A stretch of 64,000 nt of DNA from positions 9,500 through 73,499 of the forward strand of contig JAZNJY010000004.1 of NCBI GenBank assembly GCA_045578285.1, written 5' to 3'. The translations under genes were made by a program, and so were the position numbers. Under the pieces are notes generated by a model. That model did no database searches and was not told the origin of the DNA. It was given only the letters and a program-made list of their open reading frames with translations. This document shows, one piece after another, positions 43,993 to 54,255 of this stretch (position 1 is its first letter; the number at the start of each line of letters is the position of its first letter). The DNA is from Candidatus Nanosyncoccus sp. Lineage in GTDB: Bacteria > Patescibacteriota > Saccharimonadia > Saccharimonadales > Saccharimonadaceae.

Positions 43993-45204
43993 GAATTCTC
44001 TAAGCTCTTTGTGCTCTGCGAGGCGGTATTCTATATCGCGAATTACGTTCATGAAATACATGAAAGCTTCGTATGGCGAGGCGTAGGCTGAGAAGTAGGC
44101 GTGGACGTCGCCGTCGTTCCAGTATTTGGTGCACATGGCGTATGGGTGATCAGAGGTAGTAAGACGGCGCCAATCGGAAATGAGCGCAATATCGCGAGTC
44201 TTTAAAATGTCTTCGCGAAGAGCGTAGAGATGCTTTTCGGCGGCTTCCTGCATAGAATTGGATGCCCAAGCTGAAAGGTCACGTTCGGTGTCGGCCCAGG
44301 TGACAGTTTCCGGCATTGAGATTTCACCCTGAGGCTCTTCTATATCACAAGCTTCAGAAGCAGTAACAAATTTGTTTTCGTATTCTGAAAGCCAAGAATC
44401 CACAAACCCGTCGAAAAAGTCAAAAATCCCAGTGTCTTTCCATTGGTGTTCACCAAAGGTCTCAAAGTCCATGAAAAGATTGATGAGATAACCATTTAGG
44501 CAAGCATCGTCGAGCCATTTTTGATATTTTGGTACGGTGAGCGGCCATTCTTTCCAAGCGCGATTACTAAAACGAAAAGCAATATCGTCAGAAAGTCGGT
44601 AATTTTTGAGTAGCAATCGCAAGTTTTTACAACCAAAAGGCTTATAAACATGGTTCGGACTGCGCCATTCGAGGACCTTGTCCCAACCTTCGGCGAGGAT
44701 ACCTTTGTAGCCTTTTTCGTCGGCCCAGTGAGCTAAAGCATCATTGTAGGCAAGCTCGGTATTTCGGAAAACTTTTGGCTTCACACCAAAGAGTTTATTG
44801 ATGACTTTTTCGTGAATATTGACTTGGTCATTAAATTCGTCAAGATTATAGAAAAAAGCTAACGAATGATAGTAGGTCTCACCGACAATTTCGGCTTGGC
44901 CACGATTAATCATGACACGAATGATTTCAATAAGCTCTGGTTCCCATTTGTTGGCTTGCTCAAGCCAAGTACCGGTGATGGAAAATGAAATCCTAAAGTC
45001 TGGGTGTTTTTCCATTTTTTTAAGGATTAGCCTGAGCATTGGGTAATAAGATTTTTTTGCTACTTTTCTAAAAATACGCTCGTTATTCTCGCGACTATCA
45101 TAGGCGTCATTATAATAATTCGAATCATTGCCGACATCAAAAATTGAATACTCGCGATAGCGAATCGGTTGATGAATATGCAGATAAAGACAAATCGCGC
45201 GCAC
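43984..45204 (-). CDS. Glycoside hydrolase family 57 (alpha-amylase / branching-enzyme type)
   Basis: N-terminal ICLYLHIHQPIR..., ...FMDFETFGEH... typical GH57 blocks; GTG start. Confidence 0.8.
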   Translation of the reverse strand: MRAICLYLHIHQPIRYREYSIFDVGNDSNYYNDAYDSRENNERIFRKVAKKSYYPMLRLILKKMEKHPDFRISFSITGTWLEQANKWEPELIEIIRVMINRGQAEIVGETYYHSLAFFYNLDEFNDQVNIHEKVINKLFGVKPKVFRNTELAYNDALAHWADEKGYKGILAEGWDKVLEWRSPNHVYKPFGCKNLRLLLKNYRLSDDIAFRFSNRAWKEWPLTVPKYQKWLDDACLNGYLINLFMDFETFGEHQWKDTGIFDFFDGFVDSWLSEYENKFVTASEACDIEEPQGEISMPETVTWADTERDLSAWASNSMQEAAEKHLYALREDILKTRDIALISDWRRLTTSDHPYAMCTKYWNDGDVHAYFSAYASPYEAFMYFMNVIRDIEYRLAEHKELREFKK

Positions 45205-45209
45205 TTAAA

Positions 45210-46430
45210 TTAATACCTCTTGTGTTTTCTTATGTTATTATATATCTTTAGACATTTTTTGGCAACTTGTTCCCACGAAATTTTACGATACTCGTTTTTT
45301 ACGTTTTGTTGCAATTCAGACTTAAGACTTGGATTATTCGCGATGGCTAAAATCTCGTCGGCAAGTTTTTTCTCGTCCCAAAAATCGTATTTGATGGCGG
45401 ACCAGATAATTTCGGAGACGCCGGATTGATTGGTGAGAATGAGGGCGTCGCCGTGGTGCGCAGCTTCTAATGCGGTGAGGCCGAATGGTTCGGAGATAGA
45501 ACTCATTACAAAGATATCAGAAATTGCGTAAATATCTCGGAGTCTTTTACCGCGAATAAAACCTGTGAAGATAACATTTTTGCTAATTTTGAGTTCGGCG
45601 GCAAGTGAGATAAGCTCGTTTCTTTCTTCGCCATCACCAGCGAAAACAAAAATCAATTTGTCATTTTTCGAAATAGCGCGAGCAGCAGCATGCATAAGAT
45701 TGTGCAGACCTTTTTGGATAGTAAAACGTCCAACCGTGGAAACAATGGTATAGCCTTCGGACTTCAGCTTAAGAATGTACTTGTAGTTTTTTTCATTGAG
45801 ATGATAATCAGTTTTGTCATAATCTACGTCAAGGGAATTGTAAATCACCTCGATTTTATTAAGTGGAATATTGTATTTTTCGTGAATAATTCTTTTGGTG
45901 GTTTCAGAGACAGCAATAATACGGTCTGCCATCATGAGGCCTTCGTATTCGATTTCATGGATTAGCGGATTGCCACGATGCATGCCGGCGCGATCGTATT
46001 CGGTGGCATGAACATGAGCAATGAGTGGAATGTTGTATTTTTTCTTGGCGAGCATCCCCGCTTCAAAAGTTAGCCAGTCGTGAGCATGGACAACTTCTGG
46101 GTGATGTTCTTCGAGATACTCGTCTACGAATTCACAGTATTTTTTTTGGACGTCGCGGATAGAAATTAAATTTTGATTTTCTGCAGGAATATTTTTTTCA
46201 AGGATATTCATGGATTCGTATGAACCACCACCATAGCGATGAATAGGGTCCAGATGCGTAGCTGGTAAAATTTCCATAAAACTGGTGTTTTCATGCTCGG
46301 CATTGTATGGTAGAACAAAATCAATACTAACACCTTCATTTGAAAGTGCGCGTGCCATGTTTAAACAGGCTACCCCGAGTCCTCCACTATTGTGTGGCGG
46401 GAGCTCCCAGCCAAGCATTAGTATTTTCAT
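45210..46430 (-). CDS. Glycogen synthase-like retaining glycosyltransferase (GT4/GT5)
   Basis: MKILMLGWELPPHNSGGLGVAC N-terminus; C-terminal ...SEPFGLTALEA... E-x7-E region. Confidence 0.8.
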   Translation of the reverse strand: MKILMLGWELPPHNSGGLGVACLNMARALSNEGVSIDFVLPYNAEHENTSFMEILPATHLDPIHRYGGGSYESMNILEKNIPAENQNLISIRDVQKKYCEFVDEYLEEHHPEVVHAHDWLTFEAGMLAKKKYNIPLIAHVHATEYDRAGMHRGNPLIHEIEYEGLMMADRIIAVSETTKRIIHEKYNIPLNKIEVIYNSLDVDYDKTDYHLNEKNYKYILKLKSEGYTIVSTVGRFTIQKGLHNLMHAAARAISKNDKLIFVFAGDGEERNELISLAAELKISKNVIFTGFIRGKRLRDIYAISDIFVMSSISEPFGLTALEAAHHGDALILTNQSGVSEIIWSAIKYDFWDEKKLADEILAIANNPSLKSELQQNVKNEYRKISWEQVAKKCLKIYNNIRKHKRY

Positions 46431-46479
46431 CTATTTTATTTTAGCACGTTTTGTGATAAAATGGTAGCAGAACTTTTAA

Positions 46480-46554
46480 AGGGGAGTAGTACAACGGTTA
46501 GTATCGTGGTCTCCAAAACCATTGATGTGGGTTCGATTCCTGCCTCCCCTGCCA
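46480..46554 (+). tRNA. tRNA-Trp (anticodon CCA)
   Basis: AGGGGAG/CTCCCCT acceptor, G73, anticodon loop CTCCAAA, CCA encoded; TGaTAAAAT box upstream. Confidence 0.9.
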
Positions 46555-46566
46555 GAAGTTCTTTTT

Positions 46567-47439
46567 TTAGTTGTTAATTGAATGATGGGCTGCATACGAA
46601 TTTGCGCTGAGTTTATCGAATGTATAGCCGTTTTCTAATCCCCAATTGATGATGCGTTCCACTGCTCCGACCGAAAAGCCCTTGATGTCATGTTGCAAAA
46701 TAACGGAGTCTTTGTCTTCACGGATACGACTGACTACATTTTGATAAACAGTCTCAGAGTTCGTGGCACCGTCTGCATCGCCAGAGGAGACATTCCAGTC
46801 AAAATAAGTAAAGCCACGATTTTGTACTTCGGCTGCAAGTTTGGTCATAATGCGCTGACCCTTGTCGTAGCGGCGGCTTACCGTATTAGAGCTGCCACCA
46901 GGGAAGCGCATGAGGTATGAAGTGTAGCCGGTGATGTTTTTAACGCGATTCTGCACGCCATATAAATCCGCAAAGAAATTGTCGACACTACTATATATAT
47001 AAGAATAGTTGTGAGAAAGGGTATGGAGACCGATTGCGTGACCTTCTTCGTATTCGCGTTTGATTAGCCCATCGCTGCCCGCACCAGTCACAAAAAATGT
47101 AGCTTTGATATTGTATTTTTTTAAAATGTCCAGTAGCTCGTTGGTGTAAGCGCTAGGGCCGTCATCAAAAGTGAGATAAATTGTACCTTTTGGAGTTGGA
47201 GCAGCTGGGACAGTCGGTTCGGCGGGCGTCTCGATTGGTTGTTCTGGTTGTGGCTCATTGTTCTCTGGAGTTTTTTGGGTCTCTTCGACTGTTGCGGATT
47301 CTTCTATGGCGGCGGTATTTACTTGTTGTTGAGTTTCTTGACTAGTAGAATTGCGTATGATGCCGACTATGCATATATTTATAACAAAAGTAAGGATTAA
47401 GACAAAAACGATAATTCTTGGTTTTCTACTTCTTCGCAT
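46567..47439 (-). CDS. Polysaccharide deacetylase (CE4 / NodB homology), membrane anchored
   Basis: TFDDGPS, ...HTLSH..., ...LQHD... NodB motifs; Pro/Glu/Thr-rich linker. Confidence 0.85.
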   Translation of the reverse strand: MRRSRKPRIIVFVLILTFVINICIVGIIRNSTSQETQQQVNTAAIEESATVEETQKTPENNEPQPEQPIETPAEPTVPAAPTPKGTIYLTFDDGPSAYTNELLDILKKYNIKATFFVTGAGSDGLIKREYEEGHAIGLHTLSHNYSYIYSSVDNFFADLYGVQNRVKNITGYTSYLMRFPGGSSNTVSRRYDKGQRIMTKLAAEVQNRGFTYFDWNVSSGDADGATNSETVYQNVVSRIREDKDSVILQHDIKGFSVGAVERIINWGLENGYTFDKLSANSYAAHHSINN

Positions 47440-47526
47440 ATTTTATCGTAATTATAGCACTTATGAAGTAGAAAAAAATGGAAAATCTTGCCACAATAAA
47501 TATTTTTGTGATACAATGGATTTATT

Positions 47527-48027
47527 ATGGAAGGTAAAAAATCTAAACCACGTGCATTGCTGATTTTCGGTGCGCCTTGCAGCGGAAAAACTACATTTAG
47601 CGAAAAATTCGCAAAAAGATTCGATCTCGCATACTATAATTTCGACGAAATTCGAGAGAAATATCGTCTCACCAGAAAAACTATGCTACTTATTATTGAG
47701 CTTTTGGCCCGTACTGGCAAGACTTTGGTTTTTGAGGGCGGGCTTGGTACAGAAAAAGAACGCGCCGAAGTAAGAAATGTGCTTCGTGCGGCTGGTTATG
47801 ACCCAGCGCTCATCTGGATTCAGACTGATATTGCGACGATTCGACTCCGTATGAAAACGCGTTATAAATCCGTTGCTAAGGCAAAAGATGTCTATGATGC
47901 GGCTGTTGAAGGTCTTGAAGCACCTACGGACGTAGAGCACCCAATTATTCTTTCAGGCAAACATACTTTTGATACTCAAACCCGTCATGTCCTTGCTGGT
48001 TTAGCCGATACTGAGCCACAGAAATAA
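47527..48027 (+). CDS. P-loop NTPase/kinase-like protein
   Basis: LIFGAPCSGKTTF Walker A; small AAA_33/zeta-like size. Confidence 0.6.
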   Translation: MEGKKSKPRALLIFGAPCSGKTTFSEKFAKRFDLAYYNFDEIREKYRLTRKTMLLIIELLARTGKTLVFEGGLGTEKERAEVRNVLRAAGYDPALIWIQTDIATIRLRMKTRYKSVAKAKDVYDAAVEGLEAPTDVEHPIILSGKHTFDTQTRHVLAGLADTEPQK

Positions 48028-48572
48028 TGATTATCAAAGACAAAGAATTTGGCGAAGTTATAGTTCGCAAGAGTCCGCTTTCACGTGGTATTAGATTTAG
48101 TGTTTCAACTTCCGGACGTCTAGCGATGAGTGTACCAACTTATACGTCAGAATTTTTGGCAAAGCGTTTTTTAAATACCAACCGCGACGTTATTCGGGAA
48201 AAACTACCGCTTAAGAATCCAGAAGAACAGCGTGCGCGCGACTACCAAAAAAAGGTTTTGATGAAAAAGGCCAAAGAATATTTACCGTATCGTTTGGAAT
48301 ATTTTGCAAAACTTTACGGCTATTCTTACGACAAATGCCGTCTCACTCACGCAAACACTAGGTGGGGAAGTTGCTCTAGTAATCGTACAATTTCTCTTAA
48401 TATAGGCTTAATGAAAGTGCCAGAAGTTTTACGTGATTATGTAATTTTGCATGAACTAGCGCACCTCAACCATATGGATCATTCAAAAGATTTCTGGGCA
48501 GAAGTTGGCGAACACGACAAAAACTATAAGGCGCATGAAAAAAAATTAAAAATGTTTTCGCCGGGCTTGTAA
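48027..48572 (+). CDS. YgjP/DUF45-family zinc metallohydrolase
   Basis: RWGSCS......LN......P....DYVILHELAHL.H.DHS..FW signature. Confidence 0.8.
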   Translation: MIIKDKEFGEVIVRKSPLSRGIRFSVSTSGRLAMSVPTYTSEFLAKRFLNTNRDVIREKLPLKNPEEQRARDYQKKVLMKKAKEYLPYRLEYFAKLYGYSYDKCRLTHANTRWGSCSSNRTISLNIGLMKVPEVLRDYVILHELAHLNHMDHSKDFWAEVGEHDKNYKAHEKKLKMFSPGL

Positions 48573-48614
48573 TTAAAATATTGCTTGTGCTATAATAAAG
48601 TAAAAGGAGGAGTG

Positions 48615-49118
48615 GTGGAATTAAAGAAGTCCGTTGATGTTCGTAAGGTTGTGATTTCTGTTTATCTTTTGCTGATAGGCGTCTATCTTGCCGTCGGTTT
48701 TACGCCATCAAAGGCTGAAGCGTTTAATTATGAAATTTCATCAGAACTTCAAATTCCTTCGATTGGATTAACTTCAGATGTTACAACTTTAAAAATGCGA
48801 GATGGTCAGCTTAATACTCCGGATTCTATTGTTGGAAGTTTTTCGAGAGAAAAAAACAAAGTATTTCTGGTGGGGCATGCTGGGACGGTATTTCAAAATC
48901 TTAAAGATTTGAAGGTTGGTGACGAGATTTTTTACGACATTACAAAATATACGGCAAAGAATATAGAAATATTACCAAAAAATGAAATTAATATGGATGA
49001 AATTTTGCAGACGGCCGATAGTGAAACGCTCGTTATTATGACGTGTGCCGGAGAAAGTTTAGGCCGTGGCGACGCGACGCATCGGTTGATAGTTACTGCA
49101 ACTGTTTCAGTTCAATAG
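48615..49118 (+). CDS. Sortase-family transpeptidase
   Basis: LVGHAG (His), LVIMTCAG (Cys), THRLIVTA (Arg); TM anchor; start uncertain (GTG 48612/48615 after AAGGAGG; the track start lies in the -10 box). Confidence 0.75.
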   Translation: MELKKSVDVRKVVISVYLLLIGVYLAVGFTPSKAEAFNYEISSELQIPSIGLTSDVTTLKMRDGQLNTPDSIVGSFSREKNKVFLVGHAGTVFQNLKDLKVGDEIFYDITKYTAKNIEILPKNEINMDEILQTADSETLVIMTCAGESLGRGDATHRLIVTATVSVQ

Positions 49119-51057
49119 CGAAGCCACCACCAGGTGCCATATAGATATCAAGTGAATCGTTTTGATTAACTCGACGTTTTGAAATATCATGACCGTATGG
49201 ATTATCGCGAAAATGTGCATCCTTTGAATCAGCACAAATTGTGGCTTCGTATGCGGTGTTTGGCAAAAAACTAAGTGGAATATATACTCGGCGTGCGGTT
49301 TCATTGGTGACTCCGGCTACGAACCAGGTTTTTTCATCGCGAGCAAGTCTTGCTACGACATAATATTCGCCAATTTCTCCAGCCAGTGGAAGTGTGCGTT
49401 CAAAATTAGTCGGCACATCTTTAATAAACTCAAAGACATCCTTGAAACGTTCTTCATACATAAACGGACGATCGGCGGCCATTGCCATACCGGAATAAAT
49501 TGTGACAAAATATGCAAGTTGTCTGGTGAGCGTAGTGGAAATACGTTTAACATTGTTCGTGATGTCAAAAATTCCATTCGTGTAATCCATACCACCAGCT
49601 AAGAGCCTGGTGTACGGCAAGAAGCAGGCGTGCGACGGGCTGATGGCGCCACCTTCATATTCTTGGCCACGTGCTCCCTCGCGAGAAAGCAAGTTTGGAA
49701 ATGTGCGCTCGATACCAGTGCCCTTGATGGGCTCATGAATATCGAGCATGATTTTTTTCTTGGCGGCAAGCTCGATCGTTTTTTGATAATGATTGACGCC
49801 GAGTTGTGAATGATGATATTCTTTGCGGCCATGAATTAACATCATGCTACCAGCATAACCGGTTTTAATATAATGGATGCCATTTATCAAATAATAATTA
49901 TAGGCAGCTTCGAGTTGCTTTTCGTAATTATCAACAAAACCTACGGTTTCATGGTGTCCGACAATTTCAATGTTGTGACTTTTTGCGTAGCGAGCAACTT
50001 CTTCAAGATTAAAGTCGGGCGTAGATTTAGTGAAGCTATTGTTGATACCATTTTCGAGCCAGTTGCCTTCCCATCCATCGTTCCAACCTTCAATAAGAAG
50101 CCCACTGATACCTAGGCGAACCGCAGCGTCAACGTACTGTTTGGCGTGCTCAGTAGTGGCGCCATGGCGTTCACCGGGCGCCCAGGTCCACTCGCCTACA
50201 TACATCGCCCACCAAATACCGATAAATTTTAAGGTGCTCACCCATGAAAAATCTTGATGCGGCGGCTCATTCAACGCGAACATAGTGCGATTCGCCGTGA
50301 GCTCAATGGCAGAATCCGCAATCATAACAAGACGCCACGGAGTTTCGAAGGGAAGGTCAACGTGCGCTTTGGTACCATCCGAGAGGGGTGTGATATCGGC
50401 TTTTAATTTATTGTTCTCGAGTTTTATTGTCATGGAGCCATAATCATAAAGTGCAGCCTCGTGCAAAGAGAGATAATAGCCGGCAGGAGTTTTTAGCGTA
50501 AGCGGGGTATGTACGGATTTTTCTAGATCAAAAACTGAGCTTTTTTCGTAATTGTATTCATAGCGATCTGGCTCGTAGGCTGGAATTTTCCAAGCTACAG
50601 TATTAAGATCCACATTGAACTCGGTTGCTTCGTCGGCTATGCTAAGACGTTGAAATTTCGGTTGTGGTGGGATTTCGTAGCGAAAAGCAACCGCATTGTC
50701 GAAGAGGCGAAATCTAAGCGTAAAAATTCGATGCGACTCGGTAGTTTCGGCGAGATAAAATACTGCTTCGTTGTAGTTATTCGGGACGAAATGGTCTTCG
50801 CCCCATTTAAGCTCTATGACTTCGCTATGCTTTGAAGTTCTGGCTCGTACGAGTTTCAGGTTGGTACCTAGTGGTGCTTCGCCACAAAGGTCAAAGCCCA
50901 GTTTAGACAATCCGAGAAGTGATTTTTCGTCGCGTAAGAGTTCGTAAAAAATCTCACCATTTTTGATGATGAATTTTAGCTTGTTGCGACCATTGGGAGA
51001 CACCAATGTCTTCTCTGTATTATCGCCCCGACGAGACCTTTTTGCCCACTTGAACAT
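49093..51057 (-). CDS. Glycoside hydrolase family 97 (alpha-glucosidase, SusB-like)
   Basis: Length ~650 aa with ...GHHET..., ...DIHEP.KGTG..RT.PN..SREGARGQEY... GH97 blocks. Confidence 0.8.
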   Translation of the reverse strand: MFKWAKRSRRGDNTEKTLVSPNGRNKLKFIIKNGEIFYELLRDEKSLLGLSKLGFDLCGEAPLGTNLKLVRARTSKHSEVIELKWGEDHFVPNNYNEAVFYLAETTESHRIFTLRFRLFDNAVAFRYEIPPQPKFQRLSIADEATEFNVDLNTVAWKIPAYEPDRYEYNYEKSSVFDLEKSVHTPLTLKTPAGYYLSLHEAALYDYGSMTIKLENNKLKADITPLSDGTKAHVDLPFETPWRLVMIADSAIELTANRTMFALNEPPHQDFSWVSTLKFIGIWWAMYVGEWTWAPGERHGATTEHAKQYVDAAVRLGISGLLIEGWNDGWEGNWLENGINNSFTKSTPDFNLEEVARYAKSHNIEIVGHHETVGFVDNYEKQLEAAYNYYLINGIHYIKTGYAGSMMLIHGRKEYHHSQLGVNHYQKTIELAAKKKIMLDIHEPIKGTGIERTFPNLLSREGARGQEYEGGAISPSHACFLPYTRLLAGGMDYTNGIFDITNNVKRISTTLTRQLAYFVTIYSGMAMAADRPFMYEERFKDVFEFIKDVPTNFERTLPLAGEIGEYYVVARLARDEKTWFVAGVTNETARRVYIPLSFLPNTAYEATICADSKDAHFRDNPYGHDISKRRVNQNDSLDIYMAPGGGFAIELKQLQ

Positions 51058-51084
51058 ATTTTGATTATAGCATATAATATATAT

Positions 51085-53289
51085 ATGAGACGTAGAATCT
51101 GGGTTGGAATTATTGGATTCGTGAGCGTATTTCTTTTAGCGTTTTTCGGCATACAATATTTTACGAAAACTGGTCTATTTAAAATCCCCGGGGTTGTAAT
51201 ATATGACGAAAGTCTAAGCGAAGAAGTGTTGGGCGAGCTAAAACCAATTTTTACAGACGAACTTGAGCTCGATTCTGATGTAAAGATTTCGATGCGTAGA
51301 GAATTAGAATTGTCTGAGCTTAAAGACAATGAGGTTTTATATGAAGTCTTAGTGCCGGTAACGGATTTTTATAGCACCGAAACAAATATCGAAGCTGACT
51401 CGGCTGATGGGCTTTTCAATAATTGTCTAGATTGTATATATAAAATGATACCGGTTAAAGATCTAAATAATAAGACAAGATTGCTCAAGATTAATGGAAA
51501 ATATTATTTAGACGATTTTGCCTCTGGTGCGGTATTCTATGTTGTAACCTTTGAATCGGACAAATTTACGCAAGAAATTAAACCGCTGATTGCAGATTTT
51601 AGTAAACGTGACTTTCCGACAAAAGATACGACTCTAACTTTTGCGCAGACTGGCGTCACGGCTTTGTCTCGTGGCATGAATGCAAAATTATATCAAGTTG
51701 GCAATGCAGAATACTTTGCAGAGAATATTAAAGACTATTTATCATCATTCGACCTCACGCATACTTCAAACGAATCTTCTTTTACGGATTTTGCGAACTC
51801 TAAGAATATCTGCTCCGATAAACGCTTCATTGATACTCTCACTGCGATTGGTCTCGATATCGTGGAGCTTACCGGTAATCATAATCAAGATTGTGGCGAT
51901 CAGGCAGCCATCGAAACAATCGACGTTTACAATGAGAAAGGAATCAAGATTGTGGGTGGAGGCAAGACTGCGAGCGAGGCGGCTAAGCCACTTGAGATTG
52001 ACGAAAAAGGAAACAATGTTACGATGCTAGCATTCAATCTTTCGACTGGTGGTGCAACTTACGATGATACTCCGGGCGCAAATCAATATTACGAGGAAAC
52101 TGCGGCAAAACAAATCAAAGAGGCAAAGGAGCGCGGTGATACCGTAATCGTGGACATTCAATATTACGAATGCGCAGCTTATGCTTCTACTTACGAGGAT
52201 CCGATTTGCGACTATGCTAATTCTGCAGCAGGCGACCAAATTGGTTTTTTCCGACATCTCGTTGATCTCGGCGCAGATGTCGTCGTGGGGACAAGTGCAC
52301 ATCAACCACAAACTTTTGAAAAATACGGGGCCGGTGTAATTTATTACGGACTTGGCAATTTATTCTTTGACCAAGTTTGGTGGCCAGGGACTACGAGAAG
52401 TCTAATTCTAGTACATCATATATATAATGACAAAATTTTACAAACTGAAGTCGTGCCAACAGTTTACGATAATTCCATGCAAACTAAATTGATGGATGCG
52501 GAGACCACAAAATGGTTCTTGCAACGTTTGATGAATGCGCGGCCTACGCCGGCAGCGGGAAGTCAAGATTTGCAAGGCGCGTTAGATAGCTGGACGCGGT
52601 CGGTCGGAGGAAGTAAGGGGGCAATTTTTTATGATTTGGATTCGGGGAAAACACTAGCTTCATATAATGCGGACGAAAAATTTGCTACAGCGTCAATCTA
52701 TAAGCTATTTGTGGTATATGAAGGATATCGCAGAATTCAGAATGGGGTTTGGAATGGCGATGAACGAGCTGGTTCGACAGGAAAAACAATTGCAAAATGT
52801 CTAGACCTTGCGATTCGGGAATCCAATTCAGCTTGTGCGGAAGCTTTATGGGGAATGATTGGGCGCGATGCCTTGGATGCGGCGGTGCAAAATGATTTTG
52901 GGCTGAGTTCTGTGACGGTGGGGAGTTTATCGGCAACGCCGCGCGAAATCATGTTGATGATGAAGCGATTTCATGAGCATCCAGAAATTACGGACGAAAA
53001 TCTAGTGGCGACTATTAAAGATTCATTTTTAAATCAACCCCCTTCCTACGGGCTATGTTCTGGTCCATGTAATTGGCGACAAGGATTACCGAGTGGTTTT
53101 TCCGACAAGGCGCTTGTCTACAATAAAGTTGGCTGGAATTTCAATGGTTCAATCTGGACGATATACGACGATGCGGCAATTGTTGAATTTCCAGAAAAGA
53201 ACCGTAAACTGATTATCGTAGTGATGACGAGTGGCATACATTACGAAAAAATTAGAAATCTCGCAAGCTTAATCGAAAACGTGCTATAA
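51085..53289 (+). CDS. Fusion protein: CapA/PGA_cap metallophosphatase-like domain + class-A beta-lactamase-like serine hydrolase domain
   Basis: N-terminal TM; ...ELTGNHNQD..., ...GTSAHQPQ..YGLGNLFFDQ (CapA-like); C-terminal ASIYK (SxxK). The ORF-track start 51061 is upstream of the -10 box. Confidence 0.65.
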   Translation: MRRRIWVGIIGFVSVFLLAFFGIQYFTKTGLFKIPGVVIYDESLSEEVLGELKPIFTDELELDSDVKISMRRELELSELKDNEVLYEVLVPVTDFYSTETNIEADSADGLFNNCLDCIYKMIPVKDLNNKTRLLKINGKYYLDDFASGAVFYVVTFESDKFTQEIKPLIADFSKRDFPTKDTTLTFAQTGVTALSRGMNAKLYQVGNAEYFAENIKDYLSSFDLTHTSNESSFTDFANSKNICSDKRFIDTLTAIGLDIVELTGNHNQDCGDQAAIETIDVYNEKGIKIVGGGKTASEAAKPLEIDEKGNNVTMLAFNLSTGGATYDDTPGANQYYEETAAKQIKEAKERGDTVIVDIQYYECAAYASTYEDPICDYANSAAGDQIGFFRHLVDLGADVVVGTSAHQPQTFEKYGAGVIYYGLGNLFFDQVWWPGTTRSLILVHHIYNDKILQTEVVPTVYDNSMQTKLMDAETTKWFLQRLMNARPTPAAGSQDLQGALDSWTRSVGGSKGAIFYDLDSGKTLASYNADEKFATASIYKLFVVYEGYRRIQNGVWNGDERAGSTGKTIAKCLDLAIRESNSACAEALWGMIGRDALDAAVQNDFGLSSVTVGSLSATPREIMLMMKRFHEHPEITDENLVATIKDSFLNQPPSYGLCSGPCNWRQGLPSGFSDKALVYNKVGWNFNGSIWTIYDDAAIVEFPEKNRKLIIVVMTSGIHYEKIRNLASLIENVL

Positions 53290-53319
53290 TATATATATGT
53301 TAACTAACAAGGAGGTCAG

Positions 53320-54255
53320 ATGCAGCTAATTGCAATTTTGCTGATAACTGTGTCTATATTAACTTTACTTTCCGGCATTGCTGCATTTTTTGGGGCAACT
53401 AAGGGAGATCGTGCTCGCTCAGCTTGGTTTCTTGGTGCAACAATCTTTGCAACTATTTGGATGATATCGATTTCTTTATTCTTGATTGGGACTTCCGATT
53501 GGAAGCAGATGCCTCTCATTGTAAATTTAACCTATGTGAGCGCAATTTTTATCGATATTGCTTTACTCGGATACATCAATTGGCGTAAAAAAGCTGGCAA
53601 AATTACTACGTTAATTTTTCTGGTTGCTGGCATAATCTTCGCAGCATTTTTTATGTATAACCCGAGCTTATTATATACGGACATTGTTTTAACTAGCGCG
53701 GGGAATAGCTTGGTAACCAACTTTGGTCCATTCTATTTCACTTACATTGCTTTTTTCTGTGCGTTAGTTCCGGCCGTACTTATCACTTTATTCATGCGGA
53801 TTATTAAGTCTAATTCGGACCGTATCAAAAGCGGTGACCTAGTACTTCTTATTGGATTTGCAATTTCTGGTACTATGTCACTAATTTTCAACTTAATTCT
53901 GCCACTTTGGACTTGGGATTTAATTTGGCTCGGGCCGTTAGCGATTTCTACAACAATTATTGCATTTTATTATACTATTTTGAGGTACCATGCCATCTCT
54001 CTGAAGTCACGCTGGATTAAAATTCTGTCATACATTGTATTAATCACATCGGCTGCAGTATTATACATGATGGTATTCTACGTAGTGTTTATCGCAATGT
54101 TCCGTGGTTCTACGCCGTCAATAGAAGTTATAATGCTTAACTTTATCATGGTGCTGTTCTTCTTATTATTGATGCCAGCCATGAATGAGCTAACGGCTTT
54201 TGTGCGTTCTTTAATTATGGGCGAGGAAACTACTTCTAAAAAAGGTAAAAAATGA
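53320..54255 (+). CDS. Polytopic membrane protein, unknown function
   Basis: About 8 hydrophobic helices; RBS AAGGAGG. Confidence 0.6.
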   Translation: MQLIAILLITVSILTLLSGIAAFFGATKGDRARSAWFLGATIFATIWMISISLFLIGTSDWKQMPLIVNLTYVSAIFIDIALLGYINWRKKAGKITTLIFLVAGIIFAAFFMYNPSLLYTDIVLTSAGNSLVTNFGPFYFTYIAFFCALVPAVLITLFMRIIKSNSDRIKSGDLVLLIGFAISGTMSLIFNLILPLWTWDLIWLGPLAISTTIIAFYYTILRYHAISLKSRWIKILSYIVLITSAAVLYMMVFYVVFIAMFRGSTPSIEVIMLNFIMVLFFLLLMPAMNELTAFVRSLIMGEETTSKKGKK

